DNA from: Hypanus sabinus
Lineage: Eukaryota
Direction of reading: 5' to 3'
Length of the DNA stretch: 64,000 nucleotides
Assembly (NCBI RefSeq): GCF_030144855.1
Contig: NC_082736.1
Span: 6,262,001-6,326,000 of the forward strand
Under the pieces are notes generated by a model. The model was not told the origin of the DNA and did no database searches. It saw nothing but the letters and a program-made list of their open reading frames with translations. Position numbers and translations under genes: made by a program. Of the stretch, positions 47,446 to 61,914 are shown piece after piece (within the stretch, counting starts at the first letter, position 1; every line of letters starts with the position of its first letter).

Positions 47446-50400
47446 CCAATGTTCACATCTGCACCTTCATCGCATTGTACTGCCGTCAAAATAAAATGAC
47501 AGATTCCTTGTCATATAACACGGTGATAAATGATTCTGATTCCAAGGAATAAAGGACAACGGACATTGTCTGACCAACCTCTCTGTGTAACTGAGAACCT
47601 CAGGTCCGGGAAACATCCTTGGAAATCTTTTCTACACTCTCCTCAGTTTAACCACCTTTCCTATAACGGTGACAAGAGCTGTACACAATACAAGTGTGGC
47701 CTCCAGTCACTTACACAACTGTAACACAATATCGCTTTCGGCTTTCTTTGTTTTACAACAGCCTGTTTGAAACAAACCTCAAAGTTGTATAATGTATGCG
47801 TACTTTAATAATAAATTTACTTTGAACATTGATTCAAAAACATAATGCTTGAGGGATAAAATAAGGACAAAAAGATAACCAACTCAAAAGTGATTCTCTT
47901 TTAATTACAGGCCAGGATGCAGAAGAGCGGAAAATGACAAATGTCATTCACCTTTTTAAGAATTGCAATAGGGACAAGACGAGAAACTATACCCTGCTGA
48001 CTCTTACATTAGTGGTAGGGATATTATAAATTGCTGACATTATTGGAAAAGATATTTAACGATAGGATCAGCTTGCAACTGAAAAAGCATAAACAATTTC
48101 AGAGTAGCCAATATCGCTTTGCATGGGCAACGTCAACTCTTGCAAACTTGGCCGAATGTTTTAAGTGACAGACTCGACTGCTGAGAGCTGGGTTGTGGGT
48201 ATAGGACACAAGGACTTTGGTAAACCTTTCAACAAGAGTCCCCATGGTGGGCTGTTCCACAGCATGGAAGCACATCGCTCAAAAGAAATTTGGTAGAGTA
48301 TATTCAAAATGTACTCAATCAGAGAACACAGAAGGTAATGGTTGAGGGGTGTGATTCTGACTGGACACCTGTGAACAGTGGGGCCCACAAGGAATTCTAC
48401 TCTTTGTGAAATGATTTGGATGAAAATGAAGAAGAGCTGATTTGTTGGTCTGCAGAGACACAGAAACTGGGTGCAGTTATGGATCGTGAGGAAAGTTTCC
48501 AAAAGATTCAGCAGAACATAGACCAGCTGGAAATGTGGGCAGAGAAATGGGAGATAAGTCGGTGTACTCTGGGAAGTCAAATGTCAGAGGATTTCTTTGG
48601 AATTCCTCTCCCCATCAGAGTGGCTGGAAGAGCAGTTATGGAGGTGACATGCTCCACCTCAGGATGTGGGAGTCACTCAGTGTCCGCGATAACTTCACAT
48701 GGGGGAAGTGCACCGAGGTGCAGCTCCTGACTGACCGTGTGAAGGAAATGAAGATGGAGATGGCAGACCGAGAGTTTCCAGGATGCTGAGACCAGAGATT
48801 CATGAGTTGGTCACACCTGAGGTCAGGATGCAGACTGTTGTGTGACCATCACGACGGAAAGGGGAAGAGATAGACAGAGTAATGTCTCCCTGTGGCCGTG
48901 ACCCTCAGCAACAAGTAGACTCCTTTGGATACCCCTGGGATGACGAACCAGAGACAGCAGCCCGCCAGGTCGGTGGTACTGAGACCCCAGACCGATGCTC
49001 CGCGTGAGGAAAGGTCAAGCAGAGCAGTGATGACAGCAGACTCACAGTACGGGGATGTGCAGGAGATTCTGTGGCAGCAACAGAGATGACACGATGGTGT
49101 GTCGCCTCCTGGGTACTGGGGTCAGGTCCGTCTCATACGTGCAGGATTTCCTAAAGATAAACTTGCCAGTCGAGTCAGTTGTAAGGAAACCAAATGTCAG
49201 CATTCATTTAGAGAGGACTACAATACAAAAGCAAAGATGTAAGCATTGGTCCGATCACACTTGGAGAATTGTGAACTGTTTTGGGCCTCTTATCTAAAAA
49301 GCTACATGCTCGCATCGGAGAGGGTCCAGAGGAAGCTCACAAAAAAGATCCTCGCAATAAAAGGGTTAATGCACGAGGATTGTTTGATAGCTCTGGGCCT
49401 GTTGTCTCTGGACTTTAGAAGAATGAGGGAATCTCATTGAAACTGATCAAATATTGAAAGGCCTAGAATGGAGTGGGAAAGTGTTTCTGATAGTGGGGCA
49501 GTCTAGGACCACAGGGCACAGCCTCACAATACTAGAATATACTGTTAGAACAAAGATAAGGAGCAATTTCCTTAGTAAAGAGCAGTGAATCTGTGTAGCC
49601 TATGTCAGGACGTTGCTCATTGACTAGAGCTCAACGTTTAACACCATCATTCCCACAGTCCTGATCAATAAGCTACAGAACCTGGTCGCTCTGCAAATGG
49701 ATCCTCGACTTCCTAACCGGGAAACCACAATCTGTGCGGATTAGTGATAATCCACACAGATTGTTCATGGAGATGGGCTAACCCCTATTGACATCAATGG
49801 ATCTGGGGTTGAGAAGGGAAACAGCATCAACATACCCAAGGATCTCGTGTGGTCTGTACGTACCTGCTGTGTGCTGAACAAGGCACAACAGCGCCTCTTT
49901 CACCTACCAGATCCTAAGAACTTTCTACAGGGGCATAATTGGGAGCATCCCGACTGGCTGCATCACTGCCTGGTATGGGAACTGTACCTCCCTTAATTGC
50001 AGCACAGCCCAGCGCATCTGTTGTTGTCAAATTCCCATGATTCAGGACATTGACAAAGACAGGTGTGAGAAAAGGGCCTGAGGGACCATCGTGGACCCCA
50101 GTCACCCCAAGCACAATCTATTCCAGCAGCAACCATCCAGGAAACGGTACCACAGCACAAAAGACTGGACCAACAGGCTTCTGGATAGCTCCTTCCATCA
50201 GACTGATTAACTCACGCTGATTTGAGGGGACCTCTCTGTTACACTGGCTGTTCTATTTATTATCAATTATTATAAATCACTGATTGCACATTGCATATTT
50301 AGATGGAGACATAACGTAGATTTTTACTCCTCATGTATGTGAAAGATGCAAGAAATAAAGTCATTTCAAATTCAACTATCTCCTCTTCACTGACGATCAA

Positions 50401-52303
50401 CACTGGCCCTGGTGCACCTCAAGGATGAGTGCTTAGCCAACTGCTCTACTCCCTCTAAGCCCATGACGATGTGAAGAAATCTCACTCAAATGCAATCTAT
50501 AAATATGCTCCATACAACCATTGTTGGTAGAATCTCAGATGGAGATTATTGGACATACAGGAGCGAGATATACCAGCAAGTAGAGTGGTGTCGCAGCAAC
50601 AATCTTGTGCTTAGTGTCAGTGAGACAAAAGAGCTGATTGAGGGAAGAGTAAGACGAGGGAACATCAACCAATCCTCACAGGGGATCAGAAGAGGACAGA
50701 GTGAACAATTTTAAGTTTCTGGGTGTCAATATCTCTGAGGATCTATTGATGCAGCTACAGTATAAAGAAGGCAAGACAGCGGATATATTTCATCAGGAGT
50801 TTGAAGATATTTGGTTTGTCACTTTAAAACACCCAAAAACCGCTGTAGATGTATTCTATATGTTAACTATAATATTTCTGTTTTTGCAATATTTTAATTT
50901 ACTTAATATACATATCCATATACATATATACTGTAATTTATTTATTGTTTCTATATTATCAAGTCCTGCATTGAACTGCTGCTGCTAAATTAACAAATTT
51001 CCTGACACCTGCCGGTGGTAATAAACCTGATTCTGGTCCTGACTCTGAATTCATCCCCTCAGATGGATGTGACCGATTCATTGGGTATATCCAATGTGGA
51101 GGTTCTCGATTGTGGGTGTGGAGGGGCGGGATAAGAGTGTTTGAGAGGGTTAAGAGATCGGTCATGATCTCTTATTCCTGGCAGAATGGGGCAGCAGACT
51201 GGATGGTCCAAATGGCCTAATTCTGCTGCTGTGTCTTATGGTCCGATGGTCTCGGAGCAGCTGCAGGACATTTCAAAGGGAAAGTTGAGCAGCCGGACAT
51301 CGTGGTGGATGGTGGATGTTGGTAATAGCAAGGCAGGGATATGGAGGGTTGTGTCCTGTGCAGTGAATTTAGAGAAATAAGACAGAAACTAAAAAGTAGT
51401 AAGCTTTGTATTACTCCCAGTGACACTTGTTAGTGAGGGGAGATATAGAGAGATACCAGTGATGAATGTGTGGCTCAGGAGCTGGTGCAGGGGACAGAGT
51501 GCCAGTTTCATGGATCAATGGGACATCTTCTAGGGATGGGTAGGCAGAAACTGTTCACTCCCCAGGGTCTTTTAGGGAAGCAACAGTTTTCTCCATCCTA
51601 AAACTGCACGGGATAGTTTTGATGTGACAGGGTGGAGTTTGAAAGGGAATCTGAAGGGTGAGTTGCTGGATGTGAATAAAATTATGTGAGGCATACAAAG
51701 GTTAGAGAAGCAGAGGCTGTTTCCAGTGGTGTGGCTGTCTAAAGCCAAAGGGAATAGTTGTAAGGTAAGAGGGTGTGTTTAAAGGGAATCTGAAGGGTAA
51801 ATATTTGACACAGAGAAAAGTTGGTATCCCAAATGAGCTGCCAGAGGAGGTGGTGAAGACAAGGACACAAAAAGTCTCTGTTCCTGAACACTTCCCAGGA
51901 ACCTGTCATTACTGTGTTCATCCTGCCCTGGTTTAACTTCCCGTTGTTGAGTCCATTGTTGTTTTCCATCTGTATAAACGATCTGGATGAGAATGTGGTA
52001 AACTGGATCAGCAAGTTTGCAGATGATAAGAAGATTAGGGGTATGATGGACAGTAAAGTTGGCTAACAAATCTGGATGTGGGATGCGGACCAGCTGGAGA
52101 AATAAAGGTTACAAACTGGAACACACTGCCTGAGAGAGTGGTGCAGGCTGGTATTTAAGGACCATCTGGATGAACATTTGAATCACCAGGACAGGGTAGG
52201 AGACAGACCAAGTGCTGAGTTAATGGAGACAGATTCTCGATGGTCAGTACAGACATGCAGAAACCACTGACTGTGAAAGCTCAGGATGGCCTTACCTAAA
52301 GCA

Positions 52304-53318
52304 CAGGGTGCCACAGGGCTCGGTATTGGGACCACAGCTGTTTACGATTTACATCAACGATTTGGATGAAGGCATTGAGAATAACATCAGCAAGTTTGCT
52401 GATGATACTAAGCTGGGTGGCAGTGTGACATGTGATGAGGATGTTAGGAGAATTCAGGGTGACTTAGATAGACTGGGAGTGTGCGCAGATACTTGGCAGA
52501 TGACGTTTAATTTGAATAAGTGTGAGGTTATCCACTTTGGGAGTAAGAACAGGAAGACAGATTATTATCTGAACGGTGTACAGTTAGTCAAGGGAGAAAT
52601 ACAAAGAGATCTAGGAGTCCTTGTTCATCAGCAACTGAAGGTAAATGAGCAAGTGCAGCAGGCAGTGAAGAAGGCTAATGGAATGTTGGCCATTATTACA
52701 ATGGGAATTGAGTACAAGAGCAAGGAAATCCTCTTGCATTTGTACAGAGCCCTGGTGAGACCACACCTGGAGAATTGTGTACAGTTTTGTTCTCCAGGGT
52801 TAGGGAAGGACATCCTGGCTGTAGGGGAAGTACAGTGTAGATTCACGAGGTTAATTCCTGGGATGTCTGGACTGTCTTACGCAGAGAGGTTAGAGAGACT
52901 GGGCTTGTACATGCTGGAATTCAGGTGATTGAGAGGGGATCTGATTGAAACATATAAGATTATTAAGGGGTTGGACAAGATAGAGGCAGGAAATATGTTC
53001 CAGATGCTGGGAGAGTCCAGTACCAGAGGGCATGGTTTGAGAATAAGGATTAGGTCATTTAGGACAGAGTTAAGGAAAAACTTCTTCTCCCAGAGAGTTG
53101 TGGGGGTCTGGAATGCACACCCTCGGAAGGTAGTGGAGGCCAATTCTCTGGATCCTTTCAAGAAGGAGCGAGATAGGTATCTTATGGATAGTGGAATCAA
53201 GGGATATGGGGATAAGGCAGGAACCGGGCATTGATAGTAGTTGATCAGCCACGATCTCAAAATGGCGGTGTAGGCTCGAAGGGCTGAATGGTCTACTTCT
53301 GCACCTATTGTCTATTGA
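52304..53318 (+). mobile_element. young CR1 LINE, 5'-truncated
   Basis: PQGSVLGPQLFTIYINDLD...; same subfamily as 18314-19524; ~13-bp imperfect TSD CTTACCTAAAGCA / CTTACCGAAAACA (52291-52303, 53319-53331). Confidence 0.95.
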
Positions 53319-54235
53319 CTTACCGAAAACATTCAAAACCCAGGACAACGGATATTAGTTGGACAAAGGTATTAATGCATTAGGGTTAATAGTGAATCAA
53401 ACTCCTCAAAAGTCGACCAAATTGCACCCATTCCCCATTCACCAGTTACAGGACTTTAAAATGGGAATTTGGTGAAGAACACTGGTTAGTATTAGGAGAG
53501 ATGGCGGACAGCTTGGTCACAAAGGAGGGGTGCAGATATCTTCTCAGAGGATAAGCGGTTCAGTGGAACAAGCTCACAGTTGAGAATGAAGGTAACAAAC
53601 CCCACTGCAGTGGAGGACTGCTGTTGCCAGGGTTGGCCAGGATAGAAACAGACCCTCTGGCCCATCACATTTATGCTCGCCATCACGAACAGCTATACTA
53701 ATCAGAAGTATTGCTCATGGAACTACCTGTGCATGTGTCTCTAATATTGTTACACAGTTCCCTGTATGTGGCATCACAGGTAGACAGGGTTTGTGTGTTC
53801 TACTTGCCTTATCAGCCAAAGAACTGCCTCTCATTAGAATTGTACAAAACTGTTTAAAGACAGATTTAAAGGGGATCTGCAGGGTACATACTTCACACAG
53901 AGAATAGCTGCTATCCTAAATCAGCTGCCGGAGGAGGTGTGGGGGCAGAAACCCGCAAAGTCTCTGTTCATTAAACCTTCCCAGGAACCTGACATTCACT
54001 GTGTACATCCTGCCCTGGTTGAACCGCCCAGAATAGAGTCAGTGATTTATACAGAACTGAAACCGTCCCTTCGGTAAAACTCATCCACGCCGACCAAGTT
54101 GTCGACCTGAACTCGTCGCATCCGCCTGCATTAGGCCCGTGTCCCTCTCAACCTTTCCTATCCACGTAACTGTGCAAATATGGTTTAAATATTGTACCTG
54201 AGGCAGAGAGCCGGTGCGGTGAGGCGCTGACAGAC

Positions 54236-54480
54236 ACTCACTGTTCCGAGGGCAGGAAGAGGAGAGGCCGATTCCCACAGTGGAGCCGAAACCCAAAGTA
54301 GAGACCGACTCCACTTTACTACAACCCCGTGCCCACCATCCCGGACTAACCGCCCGACCCGGACCGTTCCCCAGGAAACGACGTCGGTGACGTATGACAT
54401 CTATGACTTCAGCTCGTCATAATCGCCACACGGTATCACATGACGGGAGGCGGGGCACAGAGAGCTGTCAATCAGTGGAG
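54236..54480 (-). promoter_or_regulatory. paralogous promoter / candidate first exon
   Basis: GC box 54449-54456, X-box-like 54366-54379, donor GTGAGT 54236-54241 (minus); E-boxes and CRE of the left copy are altered. Confidence 0.55.
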
Positions 54481-56355
54481 ACGTTGAGAAATTGCGAGCA
54501 TTGGAACAGAGTGGGGACAGAGGGGCATTTCCGGGAACAGTGATCCCTCCCCCCACCCACGGGAATTGAGTGTGTTATAGACAGTAATATTCACATTTTA
54601 ATTTGACTCCTCGATCTTATAAATATTTAATATTTGTATTTTCTATATTTTTGTGTGGATAATCGTTTATAATTTGGGATAGAAAAACGTTGTAACTAGA
54701 TCACTGAACGTGACTAGATCATGAAAACAGAACGTTACGGAAAAATATTGTCAAAGTCACCATTTTAATCCAAAGTAAGTTAATAGAAGCATAGAAAACC
54801 TACAGCACCAAACAGATCTTTCGGCCGAAAAATTTGTGCTGAACATGTCCCTACTTTAGGAATTACTGTGCTTACCTATCCAAAAGTCTCTTAAAAGACC
54901 CTATCGTATCTGCCTCCACCACCGTTGCGGGCAGCCTATTCCACGCACTCACCACTCTCTGAGTAAAAAAACTTACCCCTGTCATCTCTGTTCCTGCTCC
55001 CCAGCACCTTAACCTGTGTCCTCTTGTGCAGCCAGTTCAGCCCTGAGAAAAAGCCTTCTACTAAAAGACATGTATTTAAGATCTGAGGAAGAAAGTGAAG
55101 GGAACAGTGATGGGGACTTGGAATGCACTGTCAGGGATGGTGGCAGAGGCAGAGAGCACAGGGGTATTTAGGGAAGTCTCAGACAGACAGGAATTTGGAG
55201 AGAAGTGACTGGTACTACGGTGCTGAAGAACTCGATCCACCCACCCCTCCCTTTTCTCCCTGGCACAAACCAAACTCAGAGCGACGCACCGCCTCACATA
55301 GGGAGCCTCTCGGCAGATCTGATCAAACTGACCCTCTCTTTCGCAAAATGTTCATTTATATTCAGAGGCCTGGGTGGACGAGAGTTTTTTCAGTAAATAC
55401 TGTCGGTTCCACAGGGTAAACGTACCTTTGTAGACAGTCAGAGACCTGGATAGTTGTGCCGCGGAGAGCATTCTGACAGGCGGCGTCTGTCTGGTGTGGA
55501 GGGGCTACGGCACAGCACCGAAAGAAGCTGCTGATAGTACCCAGGACATCTTTTGGGAGCGGTGCTCATAAAGGCAGCGTCCATTATTAAACACTTCCAA
55601 CATCCAGGGCATGCCCTTTTCTCACCGTTACCGTCAGGTAGGAGATACAGAAGCCTGAAGGCACACTCAGCGATTCAGGAACAGCTTCTTCCCCTCTGCC
55701 ATCCGATTCCTAAATGGACATTAAAACTATGGACACTACCTCACTTTTACAGTATTTCTGTTTTTTGCAATTTTTTCAAAATAACAGTCAATATACGTAA
55801 CTGATTTACTTGTTTATGTATTAAGTTTTATTTTATTTATTACTTTTATAACTCTGTCTTTTAGATTATGCATGATATTGAACTGCTGCGGCTGAGTTAA
55901 CAAATTTCATGTCACATGCCGGTGATAATAAACTTGATTCTGAAATGTAAAACGCAAATGTTATTTTTCTGCGAGGCGGTGGGAATCGCTCATGAAGCAA
56001 CGAACAGGCGATGCTCCCGCCTTCTGCACACCGGAACGGTCCGGGGTCAACCCGCAATGTAGAACCCAGACAATGCGGTTCCAGGTGATGAAGAGCGGAG
56101 TCGTTCAGTGATCGGAGATTAAATTCTCCCTCCCGGGGCTGACTCCGGAAGTTCATTTCACCACACTGCGCCAAGGGAACCCGCTGACTCTCTGCAAGGG
56201 GAGAATGCTGCATTCAGTCTGCTGAGAGGGGAAAACGAGTCGGGACTGAAACGAACCGGTTTCTGTGCAGATTTATTCCGGTTTCTTTCGCGGAAGAAAC
56301 ACGTCGAGGCACTGACAGATGCAGGATATCAAAGGGACGGAAAACACCCGCCGCT

Positions 56356-56396
56356 CAGCCCTTCCACAGACATTGTGAGTGGCTCTGAAAAGAGCC
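56356..56396 (-). other. histone 3' stem-loop plus HDE (H2A)
   Basis: GGCTCT-TTTC-AGAGCC (56381-56396); GGAAGGGCTG downstream. Confidence 0.95.
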
Positions 56397-56426
56397 TTTG
56401 GGTAAATGGATTCAGCTTACGTCGCT

Positions 56427-56852
<426 letters not shown>

Positions 56853-57354
56853 TCACCCCGCCCCAACTCGCCCTTTTTATACCCTCTTTGAGAATGCAAA
56901 ATGATGTTTGTGATTGGTGTGATCCTGCTTATTATCATTGGTGAAGACAAATGTCCCAATCGAAGAACTGCCTTAATCACCAATCAGCAGTCTGTAAAAG
57001 TAGAAGCGCGGAAAATAACCGTCTCCTCCACAAAGTGCACTGAAATTTGGAAAAAAGCCCGCCAAAAATAAACCTATTCTTCAAATTTAATTTCCAGTTA
57101 AATAATTGCAGATCGGTTACCCTCTGTTACTGAAACCAGGCATATTTGATTTAAGTGTAGTTGATATTGGAGTGTCTGGGAACTCAATTCTCTAATTTCT
57201 TCCAACCCGTAACGGAACCGAATAAAACTGACCCTCAGCTTCTGCCCGCAGTCGGTCCCTGTCTGAACGTTATCACGTTATGGAAATCGGCTGTTCTCAA
57301 ACTTTGACCAGCGTCTGGTCTGCAATTTTATAAAGTTATTATATGAAAGAGCCA

Positions 57355-57458
57355 TCACGAGGAAATCTGCAGAAGCTGGAAATTTAAACAACACACACAA
57401 AATGCTGGTGGAACCCAGCAGGCCAGGCAGCATCTATAAGCAAAAGCACTATCGACGC
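57355..57458 (-). mobile_element. Penelope-derived mini-element truncated at the hammerhead cleavage region
   Basis: Matches the 38455 and 40226 copies, but similarity stops at ...TATCGACG. Confidence 0.8.
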
Positions 57459-57733
57459 TTCTTCATTTGAAAGAGTCATGGGGTCTTTCAGGCTCGAGTT
57501 GAAATGAGATTCAGGAGTTACCCAACTGGAACCAATAAACTCCTGAAGCCACAAATAAAACAACAACGGCAACAATCCTCCGCTTGGCATGGATACCGAG
57601 TGGGCGGACCGATGGGGGGCGGAGGGGGGTAACAATTCCTTTTCAGTTCAGTGGGAGCTTGTTTCAATCCCGATTTAGCTCTTGTAAAAGTCACCAGACA
57701 AAGCATGTGTAATTTAATACCTAAATGCTAGTA

Positions 57734-57774
57734 CAACTCTTTCATTGAAATTGTGAGTGGCTCTTAAAAGAGCC
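57734..57774 (-). other. histone 3' stem-loop plus HDE (H2B)
   Basis: GGCTCT-TTTA-AGAGCC (57759-57774); AAAGAGTTG 57734-57742. Confidence 0.95.
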
Positions 57775-57805
57775 GTTGTGTTTTCGATCATCTCACTGGG
57801 CAGCT

Positions 57806-58180
57806 TTACTTGGAGCTGGTGTACTTGGTCACCGCCTTTGTCCCTTCGGACACGGCGTGCTTGGCCAGCTCCCCGGGCAGCAGCAGGCGCACGGCGGTCT
57901 GGATCTCCCGGGAGCTGATGGTGGACCGCTTGTTGTAATGGGCCAGGCGGGAAGCCTCACCCGCGATGCGCTCGAAAATATCGTTCACGAATGAATTCAT
58001 GATGCTCATGGCCCTGGAGGAGATGCCGGTGTCGGGGTGAACCTGCTTCATCACTTTGTAGATGTAGATGGCGTAACTCTCCTTCCTCGACCTCTTGCGC
58101 TTCTTGCCAGACTTGCTCGCCGGTTTGGACAGAGCTTTCTTGGCGCCCTTCTTGGGAGCGGGTTTCGGTGCATCAGGCAT
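57806..58180 (-). CDS. H2B: histone H2B (replication-dependent)
   Basis: 124 aa from the ATG at 58180 ([12 protein letters not shown]...AVTKYTSSK); TATTTAA 58226-58232, octamer-like CTCATTAACATA 58250-58261, CCAAT 58284-58288. Confidence 0.98.
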   Translation of the reverse strand: MPDAPKPAPKKGAKKALSKPASKSGKKRKRSRKESYAIYIYKVMKQVHPDTGISSRAMSIMNSFVNDIFERIAGEASRLAHYNKRSTISSREIQTAVRLLLPGELAKHAVSEGTKAVTKYTSSK

Positions 58181-59539
58181 TTCCTCGTCGTTTTCAAACA
58201 CAATAATAAGCAGAAGCTGACCGGATTAAATAGGCAGCGCCCAAAGTGGTATGTTAATGAGGGTGGGAATGCTGAGCATTCCCATTGGCTGTTTGGAGAA
58301 AGGAATCACCAATCGGAACGCTGGGGGATGGGAAGCGGCGCCAATGTGTGGCGGTTACCGCTGTCGTTTAATGCGGGAAAAAGTACAGAAGGGCAGAGAC
58401 AGGCGGGGGTGCGGGCTGACATTGAAAAGGGAAACGCAAATTTCAAAAGCAGAATGAAAATAAAATCAGATGAAATAATGTAAAATTAAACACTAAGCCC
58501 GTTAGTTGATGACACAGGGCAGGAGAACGAAAGAGAGATTTGGACATTTCAATGTAATGTTCAAATCGAGTTTATTTATGCACAGGTGAGAGGAATAACG
58601 TATTTGTAGCAGCATCACAGACACATTGCATCAGACACAACATTGACAAGAAACACTGGAATTAAATATGAATTATACCAAAATATTCAAATAGACAGAG
58701 GACTATCAGAACAAAATCTAAATAACAAAGAGATTATGCAGGCAGTGGGAGAATCACCCTCTTGTGCTTCTTCATCTCGTCACTCTCGATTCAGAGTCAC
58801 GCAACTCTGCCACTTTGATCTGGCCCATGCCTTCATTCACCAGGTCCAACACTTGCCTTTATTGGATCTTCCTCCTCCTTACACTAGTCATCGGGTTTGT
58901 GGGGCTGTGTGTCCCCTTGGACCTCTGGATTAGGTTAGAGGGTAGGCCTGGTGGATGTATATGTGGGCCTGGGAGAGATAAGGCTGTAGAGTTTAGTATG
59001 GTGAGATATGTGGGACTACGGTGGATGGGGTAGTGTAGTGGAGCCACACAGTGGCTGATGCCTTTCATTATCGGGTTCAACACCTCTTGGCTTAGGGAAC
59101 CGGGTGTGCAAAAGGACACATAATCAATAATACAACTGAGGGTCATTGGGTGTTTCAGGTCTTTAATCGTGAAACAATCTCACCCAGGCAATGCAGCCAG
59201 GGTGGATCAGGTGTTTATCCCAGGAAGGCGTGTAATTCTGCAAGTTGTGGGTATTTTCCACCTTGTTACTTGACTTTATTCTGACCATTTGAGGAACAGA
59301 ATGTTCTGAGGCCTAGTAATCAGGTTTTACCTCCAAGTACGGTTAAACTTCCCAACTCTAAATTTACACCTGTCTTTATTTTGCATCTATGTGCCTGGGA
59401 TTGCATGGGTTAAATTAACAATGTTTCCTGAAGTACAAACTAGTGATTAATATTAGGCAGATTGATCCATGATTCCAAAACGCACAAATCTCTGAAATCC
59501 AGAATTTATTGTACTGACATTACGTCACAAATGGGGAAT

Positions 59540-59950
59540 TTTACCCAGGATTAAATGGCTTGTCTAATGAAGAGCGTTTCACGTCACTAGGCCTCTGTTC
59601 ACTGGAAATTTAAAGGAAGAAGTGTTACTGAATTGAAACCTATCAAATAGTGAAAGGGCTTGAGTGAGTGGATGTGGAGAGGACTTTTCCTGTGGTGGGA
59701 ATGTCTAAAACCAGACCACACAGTTTCAAAATAGAGGGGCATCCTTTTAGAGTGGAGATGAGGAAGAATTTCTTCAGCCAGAGAGTGGTGAATCGGTGGA
59801 ATTTTTGGCCACAGCAACTGTAGAGGCCAAATCACTGGATGTAGGCAGAGATTGTGCTAAGAGGAAAAATTGATCAGTGATGATGAAATGGCAGAGCAGG
59901 CTCGATGGGCCAAATGGCCGAATTCTGTACCTAAATCTGTTAGTCTTATG
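59540..59950 (+). mobile_element. CR1 LINE 3' fragment, degenerate
   Basis: EMRKNFFSQRVVNRWN and CR1 3' UTR. Confidence 0.75.
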
Positions 59951-60103
59951 GACTCACTTAGAAACTAAAATTTTCCCAGAGACTGTCGATCTCAGCACCT
60001 GAGGCTCCAGATACCTTATATAAGGAATACAGAAGTTCCTAGTTCTCAGATTAAAGGAATATGATCTCATTTCCATTCTGAATACTTGTCACCTCAATCT
60101 GAT

Positions 60104-60340
60104 CAACAGACACAAGATGCTGGCGGAAGTCAGCAGGCCAGGCAGCATCTATGGGAAAGGGTAACGAGTCGATGCTTCAGGCTGAGAACCTTCACCAGGG
60201 AGAGATCTGATGGATATGTCTCAGGCCGTTGTGTTGACTGTTTACTCTTTTCCATAAAGGCTGCCTGTCCTGCTGAGTTCCTTCAGCATTTTGTGTGTAT
60301 TACTTTGGATTTACAGCATCAGCAGATTCTCTGGTGTTTG
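60104..60340. mobile_element. palindromic Penelope-derived mini-element (two opposed decayed hammerheads)
   Basis: Two inverted copies of the Penelope 3' end; relic cores at ~60167-60200 (minus) and ~60205-60240 (plus). Confidence 0.7.
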
Positions 60341-61364
60341 TGATTTACGCCTCATCCTGAGGGTATTTTCCTCAGTTATGGAGATCTCATTCAGGGGAAA
60401 GATCCTCCTTGCCTACTGCCAATCACATCCAGAAAGAATCTAACAGATATCCTTGTTTTCTCATTAACTGCAGGAATACAGACCCAGCCCACTCACTCTC
60501 CTTTCACATAACCAACCCTCCATCCCTGGAACCAGCCCAGTCTGTGTGGGGAACAGTCACTGTGCTCTCTCTATTGCAGGGATATCCTTCCTGAGGAAGT
60601 GTGACCAAACCCGGACACTATATTCAAGGTGTGCTCTCACCAGGGCCCTATAGAATCCAGTGAGACATCTGTACCCCTCTTCTCCACTCCTCCTGGATCA
60701 CAGGACAAAATACTGTTTGCCTCTTTCATCACTTGTTGTATCAGCATGTGAACTCAAGTGATTTGTTTACAAGGACACCCAGGTTCCTCTGAACATCCCC
60801 GTGTGGAAATGACTCTTACAGTTTGATCCTGGGAATGGGTGATCTGACATTTCCCCACATTCTGTTCCATCTGCTCAATCCTCAACCATTCACTCTCCTG
60901 TCGAACTCCCCCAAACCTTCTCACTACTGACCCTGTCCCTCCTGCTCTGCCACAGCAACAGACCTAGTCACTAATTTATTCAGCACAGAAACAGGCCCAT
61001 CAGCCCAACACATCCATGCTGATCAAGTAGCCAAAGAAAACCATTGTCAGTTACCTGAATTTGGCCCATGTCCCTGTGAAACTTCCCTCTCCACTGTCCA
61101 AGAGATTTGGCAACTGTGCCCCTCTATGCCATCACTGGAGGTAGTTTGTACCAGGTAACTGCACATTCTGTGAAGAAAACCTGCTCCTCAGGGTCCCAGT
61201 TAAATCTTTCCTCTCGCACTTTATACCTGTAATCTCTAGCTTCCAACTCCATGACCCTGGAGATAACAGATTCACTACTGACCGTATCAATGTCTGCCAT
61301 TATTTTATCAGTCTCTCTAATGTCACATACACTCTGATGAGAATGTTCCAGCCGATCAGTGAGA

Positions 61365-61657
61365 AGGGGATCTGAAGTGTAAATATTTCACACAGAGAAT
61401 AACTAGTATCCCGAATGAGCTGGCAGAGGACTGGGGGCAGAAGCCAATAAAGTCACTGTTCATGAAAACTTCCCAGGAACCTGTCATTCACTGTGTACAT
61501 CCTGCCCTGGTTTAACCTCCCAAAATAGAGTCTGTGATTTATAGAGAACTGAAACCATCCCTTTGGTACATCTCATCGACGCCAACCAAATTGTTGACCT
61601 GAACTCGTCCCATCTGCCTGCATTAGGCCCGTGTCCTTCTCAACCTTTCCTATCCAT
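61365..61657 (-). repeat. third, more diverged copy of the duplicated unit (intronic segment)
   Basis: Direct match to ~53870-54165, including the same junction between unrelated fragments. Confidence 0.8.
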
Positions 61658-61914
61658 GTTGAGTGCATGGAATGGGCTGACAGCGACCATGGTGCAGGCG
61701 GAGACGATAGGGTCTTTTAAGAAACTCCTAGATGGATACATGGAGTTTAGGAAATTAGCGGGCTATGGATAATCCTAGGTTGTTCTAAGGTAAGGACATG
61801 TTTGACACAACTTTGTGGGCCGAAGGGCCTGTATTGTGCTGTAGGTTTTCTATGTTTCTATGTTTTTAACTCCGTGGGGTCTGACCAAGGCCCTTACCTC
61901 ACAGCTCTTGAACA

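Larger units (their letters stand above)
48047..54781 (-). repeat. segmental duplication, right arm (inverted relative to 17485-22898)
   Basis: Reverse-complement match to the left arm; near-identical spurious ORFs (22557-22784 vs 48161-48580; 17888-18166 vs 54081-54314). Confidence 0.93.

Noticed and set aside
55945-56350. CpG-rich spacer downstream of H2A as an snRNA/snoRNA gene
   Set aside because: No convincing box motifs, Sm site or similarity to known RNAs; consistent with an unmethylated histone-cluster spacer
58780-59500. Non-repetitive-looking stretch upstream of H2B, possible viral or exonic sequence
   Set aside because: No recognisable motif or sustained ORF on manual translation; needs BLAST
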